Positions 63,488 through 64,000 of a stretch of 64,000 nucleotides of DNA are shown in pieces. The DNA is from Nostoc sp. DedSLP01. GTDB lineage: Bacteria > Cyanobacteriota > Cyanobacteriia > Cyanobacteriales > Nostocaceae. The notes under the pieces were generated by a model. It saw nothing but the letters and a program-made list of their open reading frames with translations. It did no database searches and had not been told where the DNA came from. Made by a program: the position numbers and the translations under genes. The stretch's first letter is position 1, and each line of letters starts with the position of its first letter. The stretch is from positions 32,001 to 96,000 of the forward strand of contig JAVRCJ020000022.1 in assembly GCA_034530875.2 (NCBI GenBank), in the 5' to 3' direction.

Positions 63488-64000
63488 TTAATTATCCAAG
63501 GTTGCGCGGATAAAACGATAGCCTAAATCAACCTCTGTCAAATTCTGGATATCACCATATTTTTTAGCCCATTGTCCACTACTTAAATCTGCTGCTAATA
63601 AATGTAATCCTTCTTTTACTAAATCTTGATTTGCTAATGCAAAAGATGATATTCCAGCACGTACTTCTGGCTGAAGATATAACTCTGGTCGTTTCCAGGC
63701 TGCTGCTGCGAATAAATCAGATAAGTCATCTGATAATAAAAGGGGTATTGCTTCCACACGCTTTTTAGTATTATTCTCAATTAAATTAATTTGTTCGTTA
63801 AGGGGTAAAAATTGTAAAGCATCTTCCCACAAAAATGGGAAATAATCATAAAGCCATATCTTCTGAGCAAATCTAATATCAAAACTTAGCAAAACTATTG
63901 TCCCATCTCGAATAACTCGTTGCATTTCTTGAAAAGCTTTTTCGAGATGACTAAAATGATGAATTGCCAGGATACTGACAACGCCATCAACAGACTTATT
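63488..64000 (-). CDS. Class I SAM-dependent methyltransferase, C-terminal part (start beyond the window)
   Basis: The frame stays open to the window edge (..VDGVVSILAIHHFSHLEKAFQEMQRV..); WLYDYFP, AAAWKRPELYL, DLGYR. Confidence 0.8.
   Translation of the reverse strand, partial: NKSVDGVVSILAIHHFSHLEKAFQEMQRVIRDGTIVLLSFDIRFAQKIWLYDYFPFLWEDALQFLPLNEQINLIENNTKKRVEAIPLLLSDDLSDLFAAAAWKRPELYLQPEVRAGISSFALANQDLVKEGLHLLAADLSSGQWAKKYGDIQNLTEVDLGYRFIRATLDN

Overview
This is chromosomal DNA from a heterocyst-forming cyanobacterium (Nostocales), shown by hetR, sepJ, patX, psaC, many HIP1 sites (GCGATCGC) and heptameric STRR repeats. The left half (1-38.4 kb) is mostly core genome: moaA, rpsD, the hetR-sepJ-...-patX differentiation locus, comF, a sucrose-phosphate-synthase-type glycosyltransferase, an NFACT protein, a probable NsrR1-like sRNA, a Zur-controlled porin/znuACB locus, tRNA-Phe with a decayed island behind it (integrase stub plus an orphan S/M methyltransferase pair), glmS and psaC. 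The right half (38.8-64 kb) is an accessory cluster that looks like an organosulfur-scavenging regulon. It encodes SsuA, an SfnB/DszC-like monooxygenase, a signal-less aryl-sulfate sulfotransferase, three GSTs, an AtsK/TauD dioxygenase, an AsfA-like flavoprotein and a ferredoxin-HEAT-Mrp module. Two signals read directly from the sequence tie it together: a recurring 28-bp CTAC-N20-GTAG operator-like motif ahead of five transcription units, and five proteins (1,611 residues) with no Cys and no internal Met. Also present are two toxin-antitoxin modules with inactivated toxins, several MITE families and a nested 21-bp repeat element. All family assignments come from motif recognition by eye; no database search was run.
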